In this document: positions 1-8,566 of the stretch, piece by piece
Layout of the letters: the number at the start of each line of letters is the position of its first letter
How positions within the stretch are numbered: the first letter of the stretch is position 1
Source: Alphaproteobacteria bacterium
GTDB lineage: Bacteria; Pseudomonadota; Alphaproteobacteria; CAAHEQ01; UBA3637
Assembly: GCA_017467335.1 (NCBI GenBank)
Contig: JAFTSJ010000040.1
Span: 1-62,322 of the forward strand
DNA: 62,322 bases
Direction of reading: 5' to 3'
The notes under the pieces: model-generated
Database searches by the model: none
What the model saw: the letters and a program-made list of their open reading frames with translations, nothing else
What the model was told of the DNA's origin: nothing
Position numbers and translations under genes: made by a program

Positions 1-400
1 TGACGTTGTAGTTATATCGGTTGGTGTGCCAGATATTGAGGTAGTCGTTGTCCCACTTGGTGTTCCAATAGGTGTTGTGGTTGTTGTACCATTTGGCGTA
101 CCGGTGGTTGACGTTGTAGTTATATTAGTTGGTGTGCCAGATATTGAGGTAGTCGTTGTCCCACTTGGTGTTCCAATAGGTGCTGTTGTCGTTGTACCAT
201 TTGGTGTCCCAGTCGTTGACGTTGTAGTTATATCGGTTGGTGTGCCAGATATTGAGGTAGTCGTTGTCCCACTTGGTGTTCCAATAGGTGTTGTCGTCGT
301 TGTACCATTTGGCGTACCAACAGGTGCTGTTGTTGTACCAGTTAATGTTCCAGTGACAGTTGTTGTACCGGTTAATGTTCCAGTGACAGTTGTTGTGCCA
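1..400. repeat. Hierarchical coding tandem repeat: 108-bp units (3 x 36 bp) plus 2 x 30-bp units
   Basis: TGACGTTGTAGTTATAT recurs at 1, 109 and 217 (period 108). GTTAATGTTCCAGTGACAGTTGTTGT recurs at 341 and 371 (period 30). Confidence 0.95.
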
Positions 401-588
401 CTTGATGTACCGGTTGCTATCGTTGTTCCTGTTATTTGAGGCGTTCCCATGCTTTCTACACCGGTTGCAAATAAAAATTGAGCAAAGGCAGGAACTTCTA
501 AACTTTCCGTTTCCGCTTTTGATTTTTGTGTAAATGCACAAAAAACAGAAATACTTAATATAGCACAAAACAACGACTTTTTGTTCAT
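1..588 (-). CDS. Secreted Thr/Gly/Pro-rich tandem-repeat surface protein (5' part only; runs off the left edge)
   Basis: Manual translation from ATG 588 gives MNKKSLFCAILSISVFCAFTQKSKAETE..., signal-peptide-like, followed by GTPxGTTTT repeats. The frame is open to base 1 and has an upstream AGAGGA RBS. It is absent from the ORF track because no stop codon falls inside the window. Confidence 0.85.
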   Translation of the reverse strand, partial: MNKKSLFCAILSISVFCAFTQKSKAETESLEVPAFAQFLFATGVESMGTPQITGTTIATGTSSGTTTVTGTLTGTTTVTGTLTGTTTAPVGTPNGTTTTTPIGTPSGTTTTSISGTPTDITTTSTTGTPNGTTTTAPIGTPSGTTTTSISGTPTNITTTSTTGTPNGTTTTTPIGTPSGTTTTSISGTPTDITTTS

Positions 589-638
589 TTTTATCCTCTT
601 ACAACGATTATTCGGAGCAGATACTCCCCCATCCGGGT

Positions 639-668
639 ATGATACTTGAAAATACCTTCAAATGTCAA
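639..668 (-). promoter_or_regulatory. Putative sigma70 promoter of the Thr-rich repeat gene
   Basis: Minus strand reads TTGACA (668-663), N18, TATCAT (644-639). Confidence 0.45.
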
Positions 669-735
669 GATGTTTTTCAATTGTGAAGGATTTTAATTTG
701 AGGTATTTTTTAACGACAAAATAAACAAAATTTTC

Positions 736-3700
736 CTATTGAAAAAGTTTTGAAAGTATCCCCGGTGCAATAGATGAAAGAGGATTAAAATCAATTTTCA
801 TCTCAGAAGGTGTTCCTTTAACTTCGTATTGTACACCCATTAACCCACCATGTTGTGTTCCACGAAATAACCCACCAATAAGCGGTATGCGACCCGGTAA
901 GGAATTAACGGCATAAGCCGGTATGACGGAACCGATAATTTTAATGGTGTGAGCGGATAGTTGGCCACTGAATGTAATACCGAGAGATGTTCCATATAAC
1001 ACCCCCTCTTTTAACGTAATATCAAAATGAGGCGACAATTCAAACGGAATTTGTCCTTGACTGAAATTTAATTCTTTTCCCCGAACAGCATCAATAATTC
1101 CTAAAATAGTGAGTGCTTGCGTGATAAAGCCGGGGTTTTTGAAATCTAAATTTTGAATGTGGATGTGTCCGTCTATCGTGCCGGTTTCATTTTGTTGGGC
1201 TGAAAGAGTTGCTTTTCCATGAGCAAATTCACCGGAAATGTTGAGTCGATTCAATAAATCCCCAACATCATTAACAACCCCTTCAATTTTATCGGTTGTC
1301 GGTATCAAGTTAAGTGAAACAGCTTGTGTACCTTGTGCAAAAAGAAATAACTGTTCCCATTTTGTTTGAGGTCTTTTAGCTTGTATTCTTACATTTTTAA
1401 GCGGGGCTTTTGCATTCAGCGTCATCGAATCAAGACTGATATCAATATCAAGGGGTAAAATCGGACCGAGCATATGATGATAATTTTGTGATTGCCCGGA
1501 TAATGAATTATTTTGCTTTTTAAAATAAGGCATATTTTTCAATTCTGTCATAAGCCATGATTTTCCTTTTAATGTCAAAGAAAAAATCTGTTTATCATTC
1601 CATGAAAACGAACCGGATAAATTGCTTCCCGGTGCTTGAATGCGAGATAATATAACCTTGTTTTGATTTTTTTCTGCGTTCAATGTCGCCGAAATATCTA
1701 AAACTTTTGAATCTGCCGAAATATCAATTTGTCCGGTAGATATATTGTTTTGAGGTGTTAATTGAATTTGTGCCGTTAAATGAGATGGTACGCCTTTGAC
1801 TTTGGTATAAGCGAGCGGGTATATCATCAATTCGGCTTGTGTTAAATTGCTGTTTATGCGGATAAGTGACGATTTATCCTTGTTTTTTTGATAAATAATA
1901 TCTCCTTGAATTGTACCGATAACATAATCCGATATATTTTGATAATATGTTTTTAAAAGAGAATCAGATACCTGTCCCGATAGGGTATAAATACTTTGAA
2001 TCGGTTTTTCTTTGGTTGGCTTAAAAAATTCTTCCCATTTGATTTTTAATGGAATATTTTGATAAGTTCCGTTTCCTTGAATAACCAATCCATGATTATT
2101 AACGGTTAAATTGAGTGTGCTGTTTGTTAACGTGTGTTTTTTATCTTCTGAATAAAAAGTACCGTTTTGAACAGAAGCTTTGACATCCACAATAACATCT
2201 TGCGGTGTTAATTTTTCCGTTAAGGGGAAAACAAGCGTTGCCTGACCGTTTGCTATGGCATTTGTTTGACGAGGATTGATATTGAAGCTAGACAGCAACT
2301 GTAATGGTTTTTCATCAATCAATGCTAATATTTCCTGTGTCGGACCGGTGACGTCCAGTTCAATTTTAGCCATTGATTGATTTGATTTTAGATTGGTTAG
2401 ATAAACATTACCGGTGTTTAAATGAATTTGACCAATTTGACCCGTACGAGCAAAAATTTCAACTTTATCCGGATAAAGCATTACTTTTCCAGCGGTTTTT
2501 AAAACCGGTTTCATCGGTTTTAAATAATCTACAGTTGTATCTTGAAAGTCAACATCTCCGATTAAATCGACAATATCACCGCCTTGAAAATAAAGTGAAA
2601 ATAATGCCTGCGTTGCTAATCCGGTTTTTAAATTTTGTTTAACCCATTCATGGGCATCCGGTCCTAAGTAAGACGGCCAAACAGAAGGAATTTCCTGCAT
2701 GGGAATATTATTCAGACGGGCATCAATCGTTGTTTTGGTTAAATTAAAATCCTGTTTGTCTAAAAAAGAGCCGATATGTGTTGTTTGAATATCAACATAT
2801 GCTGATAAACCTGATACAAGGGAAACTTTGGCTTTTTCAATTTTTAATGATTCTAAATTTTCAGCGAATGAACCATGAGCAACCAACTGTCGGACGGGAT
2901 AAATTGTGTTTAACGGTTCCGGTAATTGAACAGTACCTTGATTGGTTGTGGTAATGGTAAAATTTAATGATTTAAAGGCATTTCGCCAATGTTTGCGACC
3001 TTCGGCAATATCTAATGACCCGTTTATTTCTCCTCGTAAAGGAATTTTAATCCCTTCTAATAAAGGAATAACCCGTCCGGCCCGACTTAAATTTGCCTGA
3101 TTGAAAAAAATATCTAATTCTATTGTTTGTGTGCCAGAATGATATTGAGCCGTTCCTTTAAAAGACATTAAGTCATTTTGTATGCGAACAGCTGTATCAA
3201 TTTCTAAATCATATCGTCTTAATCGGCGTTTTTTTAATGAAAAATTTAATTGCGGAATAATAATATGTCGCCCGTTTTTTTCATCGGTAATATTGATGGA
3301 TGCTTTATTTAAGTCAATTCGTTTAAATGTCAGAATTTTTTTTGCAAACTGTCTTAAATCACGCACAACAAGGGCTTTTTCAGCAGATGGTGTTGCTTGT
3401 TTCGGCAAAGAAACAGTTGTTGAATTGTGGGAATCAATAATATTTGAATGTTGTCCTTGCAATAACAGTTCTGCATTTTTTGTCAGTGTTAATTGTAACA
3501 GAGCATGGTCAATTTGAACAGAAGGCGGAATGTAATTTAATGTTAATAATGATAATAATCCATATGATAGTTGAACGGACGGTAAATCTAAAATCAGAAC
3601 ATCGTTTTTTCCGTAGAGAACGAAATTGGTCGCCTGAATATGAAATAAACCGTTACGTGATAATTGAGCTGATAAGGTTACGGAATCAACATCAAAATGT

Positions 3701-3888
3701 AAACCGCTTTCGGTAGAAAAGATATGCGATTGAATTTGAGGCATTAAAAAAGCCAAATCCAGCGGTTTTTCTTTTAAATGCCAAAATAATAAACCAACCC
3801 CTATCATGAATAACGTTAAACCGATAACAGTCAACCGATATGTTATTTTGAAAACAATGCGTAAAAAGGTAAAGATTTTTTTGATCAT
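736..3888 (-). CDS. AsmA-like/YhdP (DUF3971-type) envelope protein
   Basis: About 1050 aa with an N-terminal TM anchor, a long beta-rich body and a C-terminal GVLYGTSLGIT...GSVIPAYAVNSLPGRIPLIGGLF...YEVKG motif typical of AsmA-like C-termini. Start at 3888 is preferred over the ORF-track 3963 because it overlaps the upstream stop (TAATG coupling). Confidence 0.8.
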   Translation of the reverse strand: MIKKIFTFLRIVFKITYRLTVIGLTLFMIGVGLLFWHLKEKPLDLAFLMPQIQSHIFSTESGLHFDVDSVTLSAQLSRNGLFHIQATNFVLYGKNDVLILDLPSVQLSYGLLSLLTLNYIPPSVQIDHALLQLTLTKNAELLLQGQHSNIIDSHNSTTVSLPKQATPSAEKALVVRDLRQFAKKILTFKRIDLNKASINITDEKNGRHIIIPQLNFSLKKRRLRRYDLEIDTAVRIQNDLMSFKGTAQYHSGTQTIELDIFFNQANLSRAGRVIPLLEGIKIPLRGEINGSLDIAEGRKHWRNAFKSLNFTITTTNQGTVQLPEPLNTIYPVRQLVAHGSFAENLESLKIEKAKVSLVSGLSAYVDIQTTHIGSFLDKQDFNLTKTTIDARLNNIPMQEIPSVWPSYLGPDAHEWVKQNLKTGLATQALFSLYFQGGDIVDLIGDVDFQDTTVDYLKPMKPVLKTAGKVMLYPDKVEIFARTGQIGQIHLNTGNVYLTNLKSNQSMAKIELDVTGPTQEILALIDEKPLQLLSSFNINPRQTNAIANGQATLVFPLTEKLTPQDVIVDVKASVQNGTFYSEDKKHTLTNSTLNLTVNNHGLVIQGNGTYQNIPLKIKWEEFFKPTKEKPIQSIYTLSGQVSDSLLKTYYQNISDYVIGTIQGDIIYQKNKDKSSLIRINSNLTQAELMIYPLAYTKVKGVPSHLTAQIQLTPQNNISTGQIDISADSKVLDISATLNAEKNQNKVILSRIQAPGSNLSGSFSWNDKQIFSLTLKGKSWLMTELKNMPYFKKQNNSLSGQSQNYHHMLGPILPLDIDISLDSMTLNAKAPLKNVRIQAKRPQTKWEQLFLFAQGTQAVSLNLIPTTDKIEGVVNDVGDLLNRLNISGEFAHGKATLSAQQNETGTIDGHIHIQNLDFKNPGFITQALTILGIIDAVRGKELNFSQGQIPFELSPHFDITLKEGVLYGTSLGITFSGQLSAHTIKIIGSVIPAYAVNSLPGRIPLIGGLFRGTQHGGLMGVQYEVKGTPSEMKIDFNPLSSIAPGILSKLFQ

Positions 3889-4883
3889 TATATGCCTCCG
3901 AACCGAAACAAATATAAGATGCCAATGCACAATAATCCAGCACCTAATGGGGCAGTTAACCAAGAAAAAATAACTTTGCCGACAATTTTAAATTTTAATC
4001 CGGCGATTCCTTTGGAAACGGCAACGCCGATAATGGCTCCGATAACGGCACAAGATAACGGAACGGGAACCAATGGGAAAGACGGCAATTTAAGAGCTGT
4101 TAATAAAAGTTTTAATTGAATGCTGGAAAATAAAAATAATGTTAATGCTGATGAAAAAACAGCAATAAATGCTTCAGCCGGAGATAAAGGAAACATCCCT
4201 GTACTGACGGTTTTTATAACCCGTCTGTCAGCAAAAATAAATCCGAATCCTATACCGATACAGGCGCCGAAAAATAAAACGGTTTTTGAAAATAACCCCA
4301 AATTCATGTATGGACCGACAAGACTGCCGATATTGTTTGCTCCGAATGAATAAGCACTAAATGCTCCGACACAAAGCAATCCGATACGAATAACATGATC
4401 TCGCCATAGGATATGAATGGGAAAACGTTCCAACATCTGTCGTAAGATATAAAATAATAGACCGGCAATGATACCGGAAATAATCGGTGTATAAATCCAT
4501 GCTAAAACGGTTTTTGATACCAAACCCAGCGGAATATCCGATTGATGAAACATATTCCACCCGATGTAAGCACCGGTTGTTGTTTGAGTTAACGAAGCCG
4601 GTACACCCAATTTACTTAATAAAAACATTGTTATTCCGGCACTGATACTCAATGCAAGTGCTTCTTGTAATCGGGTGATATGACCTAAGGCACTGACATT
4701 TTGGGTTGTTGCCGTTCCGCTGATTAACGCACCGAATATAACAAATAAACCGGCAATTGAAATACCAAACCAAAAAGGAAGCATTTTTGTTCCGATAGCC
4801 GGTCCGAACAAATTACTTAAATTGTTTCGACCCAAAGTCCATGCCAGAAAAAAAATAACGGTTACGGTTATAAATGTCATCAT
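3888..4883 (-). CDS. Inorganic phosphate transporter, PiT family
   Basis: Hydrophobic multi-TM protein with two PiT signature-like motifs (GRNNLSNLFG and GANNIGSLVG). Adjacent to a DUF47 gene. Confidence 0.85.
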   Translation of the reverse strand: MMTFITVTVIFFLAWTLGRNNLSNLFGPAIGTKMLPFWFGISIAGLFVIFGALISGTATTQNVSALGHITRLQEALALSISAGITMFLLSKLGVPASLTQTTTGAYIGWNMFHQSDIPLGLVSKTVLAWIYTPIISGIIAGLLFYILRQMLERFPIHILWRDHVIRIGLLCVGAFSAYSFGANNIGSLVGPYMNLGLFSKTVLFFGACIGIGFGFIFADRRVIKTVSTGMFPLSPAEAFIAVFSSALTLFLFSSIQLKLLLTALKLPSFPLVPVPLSCAVIGAIIGVAVSKGIAGLKFKIVGKVIFSWLTAPLGAGLLCIGILYLFRFGGI

Positions 4884-5551
4884 AAGGCGTGTTTCACAGC
4901 AACAATTTTTAAAACATCAGCAACATCTTCGGCAATATCAGATATTTTTTCAATATTGTAAATAAATTCTTTTAATTGTAACTTATGGGCCAAAGAAATA
5001 TTATTATTCGCATAAATCATTGTTTTTAATTGAAAAGCTTGTTCATCCACAATGTGTTCAAAATCATGTGTTCTTTGTGTAAATTCATCAACGTTATGCC
5101 CGCTGAAAAAAGATTTAACGCCACTGACCAAACTATCAACACAGGATAAATCATGATGTACCATTTCAAGAAGTAATTTTTTTAATTCATCCCATAACAG
5201 CGGTTGTTCAATCGAAACAATCAGCAAATTAGATTGATATTTATTGATGATTTTATCGCATCCTTCCAAAATTCTTAAAATATCGGAACGCATATCCGGT
5301 AAAATCATATAAGCATACAAATCATTTTCAACCTGACGGCGATAAGCATCATTTTGGGCTTCTAATTCAGAAATGCGATCCCGTAAAGAAATAAAGGTAT
5401 TATCTGCTTGTTTTTGTGTGTAAGTTTGAATGGCTTGTTCGTATAAAATACCGGCTTCAACAATATTCAACAAAAAAGACGTAATTTTGGCTTCCAATTC
5501 ACGTGTTCGTTTAAAAATATCCCACCCTAAAAATGTTTTATGTTTTGGCAT
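4880..5551 (-). CDS. DUF47/PhoU-like phosphate transport regulator
   Basis: Helical protein with ELEAQNDAYRR and IEKISDIAEDVAD motifs, upstream of PiT. Start at 5551 follows an AAAGGAG RBS. Confidence 0.85.
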   Translation of the reverse strand: MPKHKTFLGWDIFKRTRELEAKITSFLLNIVEAGILYEQAIQTYTQKQADNTFISLRDRISELEAQNDAYRRQVENDLYAYMILPDMRSDILRILEGCDKIINKYQSNLLIVSIEQPLLWDELKKLLLEMVHHDLSCVDSLVSGVKSFFSGHNVDEFTQRTHDFEHIVDEQAFQLKTMIYANNNISLAHKLQLKEFIYNIEKISDIAEDVADVLKIVAVKHAL

Positions 5552-5561
5552 ATCATCTCCT

Positions 5562-6681
5562 TTAATCAAGGTCTGTTGGTGTGGTATTTTTTTGTCCAGC
5601 AAGGGAAGCCCGCATAAAATCGTTCAATGCCCCATCTAACACACCGGTTGTATCTGATGTTTCATATCCGGTTCGTAAATCCTTTATCAACTGATACGGT
5701 TGTAAAACATAAGACCGAATCTGATTACCCCATCCGTTATCCCCTTTGGATAATTCAACAGCTCCTTGTGCTTGACGCCTTTTTTGCAATTCTAATTCAT
5801 ATAAGCGAGAACGTAACATACCCCATGCTTCATCTTTGTTTTGAAACTGCGAACGTCCTGTTTGACTTTGAACGACTATCCCTGTCGGAATATGTGTAAT
5901 CCGTACAGCACTTTCCGTCCGATTGATGTGTTGTCCGCCGGCACCGGAAGCTCGAAAAACATCGATACGACAATCAGCAGGATTGATTTCAATCTTGATT
6001 GAATCATCAACAACCGGATAAACCCAAACGGACGCAAAACTGGTATGACGGCGTGCATTTGAATCAAACGGTGAAATACGAACTAAACGATGAACACCGG
6101 ATTCGTATTTCAGCCAGCCATAAGCATTGATACCACTGATTTTTAATGTTGCTGATTTAATACCCGCTTCATCACCGATACCTTCTTCCAACAATGTGAC
6201 GGTAAATCCGTTTTTTTCCGCCCAACGCATGTACATACGGCGGAGCATATCAGCCCAGTCTTGTGATTCCGTTCCGCCGGCGCCGGCATGGATTTCCAAA
6301 AAGGCATCATTTGTGTCCCCTTCGGCTGATAATAAACTTTGAAGTAACGCTTCTTCAACTGTTGCATCCAAATCCGTGAAAATATGTTCACTTTCAGCCA
6401 ATAATTCGGATTCATTTTCAATTTCTGCCAATTCAATCATTTCAAACGTATCCGTTATTTGAGAAGAAAGTATTTGAAGTGATTCAATTTTGTTTGTCAA
6501 ATGAGTTCGCTCACTGACCAATTTTTGTGCTTTTTCCGGATTATTCCATAAATTTGCATCTGCAGTCAGTGCATCTAATTCATCTTTTCTGAGAAGGGCA
6601 TTATCCCAGTCAAAGACGCTCCTTCAACAGCCGTATGGCCGTTGTGTATTTGTCATTTAAAGCAAGTATTTCCGCCTTCAT
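5562..6681 (-). CDS. prfB: Peptide chain release factor 2 (programmed +1 frameshift)
   Basis: GGQ motif (GAGGQHIN) and SPF anticodon mimic are present. The N-terminal frame [23 protein letters not shown] from ATG 6681 joins the main frame at CTT-TGA-C. Confidence 0.97.
6609..6626 (-). promoter_or_regulatory. prfB +1 ribosomal frameshift site with internal Shine-Dalgarno
   Basis: Minus strand reads ...TTG AAG GAG CGT CTT TGA C TGG: canonical CTTTGAC preceded by an AAGGAG SD-like sequence. Confidence 0.95.
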
Positions 6682-6890
6682 TTTGTTTTTCCTTTAATTT
6701 TCACACTTAATCGAGAGCATTCTAGCACAAAATATTCTTTTTGTGTAGTCTTTTTCTGTAAAAGATAAAATTTTTATTTCAAGAAAGATTTTTCTTGCTG
6801 TTTTTTTTAATAGGAATGTTTTTTTTGCTGGTAAAAAATAAGTTTTTAAGTTATACTGAATAAAATTATTGTGCAATATAAGGATATGAC

Positions 6891-8099
6891 ATGAAAAAAT
6901 GGCAAAGAACACTCTTGGTTGGGTTTATTTGGGGTTTTATTTTTCTATGGTGGTTTATTCGTAATTTTTTTCTTGAAAATTGGCAGTTTGATTTCTTTTC
7001 GCTCGATGTCAACCCTGAAAAAGAAACAGTCGGGTGGTTGTTTTTGTTTGATGAATTTCGTAAGGGATGGGTTATTAAAGACAGAAGCACTGTTATTTTC
7101 TTTGTTGTTTTGATTTTGGCTCCGATCTTGTTTGTTTTCGGATGGCGTTTCTTCTTAAAAATCGAATGGTTGAAATTGCTTCGCCGGAATGTTAATCGGG
7201 TCATATATTTCTTGACAGGTGGTGAAAAAATTCAAAAAAAACAAACATCTGTTATTCCGTTGAATAAAAAAACATCGAAAACGACACGTCCTCGCCCGAT
7301 TGATAGTGCTGTTCGACCCGTTGTTAAAGAATCGGAATTGAAGGTGCCTGTTGATGAACCGATGGCAAGTGGTGGTACGCCTAAACCATCGCATTATGGC
7401 AGTCAGGATATGTTTGGAGCTGCTTCTGAACAGAAAAAATCATTTTCATCGTCCGATTCGCCGTTTAACAGAGGTTTTAATTTACCATCCATGAATCAAG
7501 GATTTTCAATCGCTCCGACAACCGAATCAAATTGGCAGGATAAAATGGATCCGTTCGGTGGGTCGATGGACGATATTTTGTTGTCAGATATTAAATTGCC
7601 TGAACGTAAAAAATTGGAAGAAAATATACCGGAATTATTTGATAATGCCGGTTATACCGTTTTGCAAAATGTTTTAATCGGCGGACGACCGATTGACTAT
7701 TTAGCTGTTGGGGAACAACGGATTGTTGTTGCTGTTGAAGATACGCAGGCCGGTGATTGGTTGGCTGATGAAGAACGTTTTAACGGTGAAGATCCATTGT
7801 GGTTTTCGGAAAGTTCTCATCGTGTTTCCCCGATTTTTCAGTTGTTGGAAACGGTTAAGGGATTTACGTCTCGTTTGTCGGAAAACGGATACACGGGGGC
7901 AGTTGTTCCGTTGTTTATTGAACGAGCCGGTATTATTATCAATGCCGAAGATATGTTAACAACTTGGAAAGATTTATCCGTTATTGTGTGTCGGACGGAA
8001 TTGGGGGGTCCTGATGAATTAAGCGGGGTTGCTGATTCGATTGTCGTAGCGGAAAAACCAAGTGAAACGGTTTTGGATCAAGTTCAAAAATCATTATAG
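6891..8099 (+). CDS. Membrane-anchored hypothetical protein with a possible C-terminal NERD/PD-(D/E)XK-like domain
   Basis: Two N-terminal TM segments, a low-complexity Ser/Pro linker, then GYTVLQNVLIGGRPIDYLAVG...WFSESSHRVSPIFQL, which resembles NERD-type folds. Confidence 0.6.
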   Translation: MKKWQRTLLVGFIWGFIFLWWFIRNFFLENWQFDFFSLDVNPEKETVGWLFLFDEFRKGWVIKDRSTVIFFVVLILAPILFVFGWRFFLKIEWLKLLRRNVNRVIYFLTGGEKIQKKQTSVIPLNKKTSKTTRPRPIDSAVRPVVKESELKVPVDEPMASGGTPKPSHYGSQDMFGAASEQKKSFSSSDSPFNRGFNLPSMNQGFSIAPTTESNWQDKMDPFGGSMDDILLSDIKLPERKKLEENIPELFDNAGYTVLQNVLIGGRPIDYLAVGEQRIVVAVEDTQAGDWLADEERFNGEDPLWFSESSHRVSPIFQLLETVKGFTSRLSENGYTGAVVPLFIERAGIIINAEDMLTTWKDLSVIVCRTELGGPDELSGVADSIVVAEKPSETVLDQVQKSL

Positions 8100-8110
8100 G
8101 GAGATGAAAA

Positions 8111-8566
8111 ATGGTTTTTACACCTGATTTTTGGGAAAAGAAATGTGAAGAATTAAATTACGAAGAAGATGTTGACCGTAAAAGATATTGGTTGTGGGTC
8201 GGTCAGGTTATTTTTTGGACAATTCTTTTAACGGGAGGGGCTTTTTTAGTGTCTTTTCCTTTGCAAAATTTTATAACAAATGGTGTTAACGTTCATACGG
8301 TTGATTTTTTGACTCGGTTTATTCAAAGTACGTTAGCAGATTTTCATTATCTGCTTCAAATGTATCAACAATGGTTTAACCGAATAACGCAGTTGGCAGA
8401 CAATACATATTGGTTTATTCCGTTAATTCCGTTTGTTGTTTTTGTTTCGGTTTTACATATCGGATTAAAAATCAATCCGTATAAAAAGATTTTTTATGCG
8501 AAAAAATCAAAATACGCCGTGTACTCACATAATACGGAAACATTGTATCAGACAAAGGAGCGATAA
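8111..8566 (+). CDS. Membrane protein homologous to the N-terminal anchor of the downstream VirD4
   Basis: RBS GGGAG. The stop abuts the virD4 ATG. The sequence aligns by eye with VirD4 residues ~35-115. Confidence 0.75.
   Translation: MVFTPDFWEKKCEELNYEEDVDRKRYWLWVGQVIFWTILLTGGAFLVSFPLQNFITNGVNVHTVDFLTRFIQSTLADFHYLLQMYQQWFNRITQLADNTYWFIPLIPFVVFVSVLHIGLKINPYKKIFYAKKSKYAVYSHNTETLYQTKER

Noticed and set aside
1-400. Regular repeats as a possible CRISPR array
   Set aside because: The units are contiguous and in frame with no unique spacers, and there are no cas genes in the window.
26-568. ORFs 26-439 (+, Val/Pro-rich) and 125-568 (-, Asn/Trp-rich)
   Set aside because: These are shadow frames of the Thr-rich repeat gene, which has the RBS, signal peptide and promoter.
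736-3963. ORF-track start at 3963 for the AsmA-like gene
   Set aside because: It would overlap the PiT gene by 76 bp. ATG 3888 is coupled to the PiT stop and begins the TM anchor.
5562-6521. prfB as a truncated gene or pseudogene
   Set aside because: Explained by the canonical programmed +1 frameshift.
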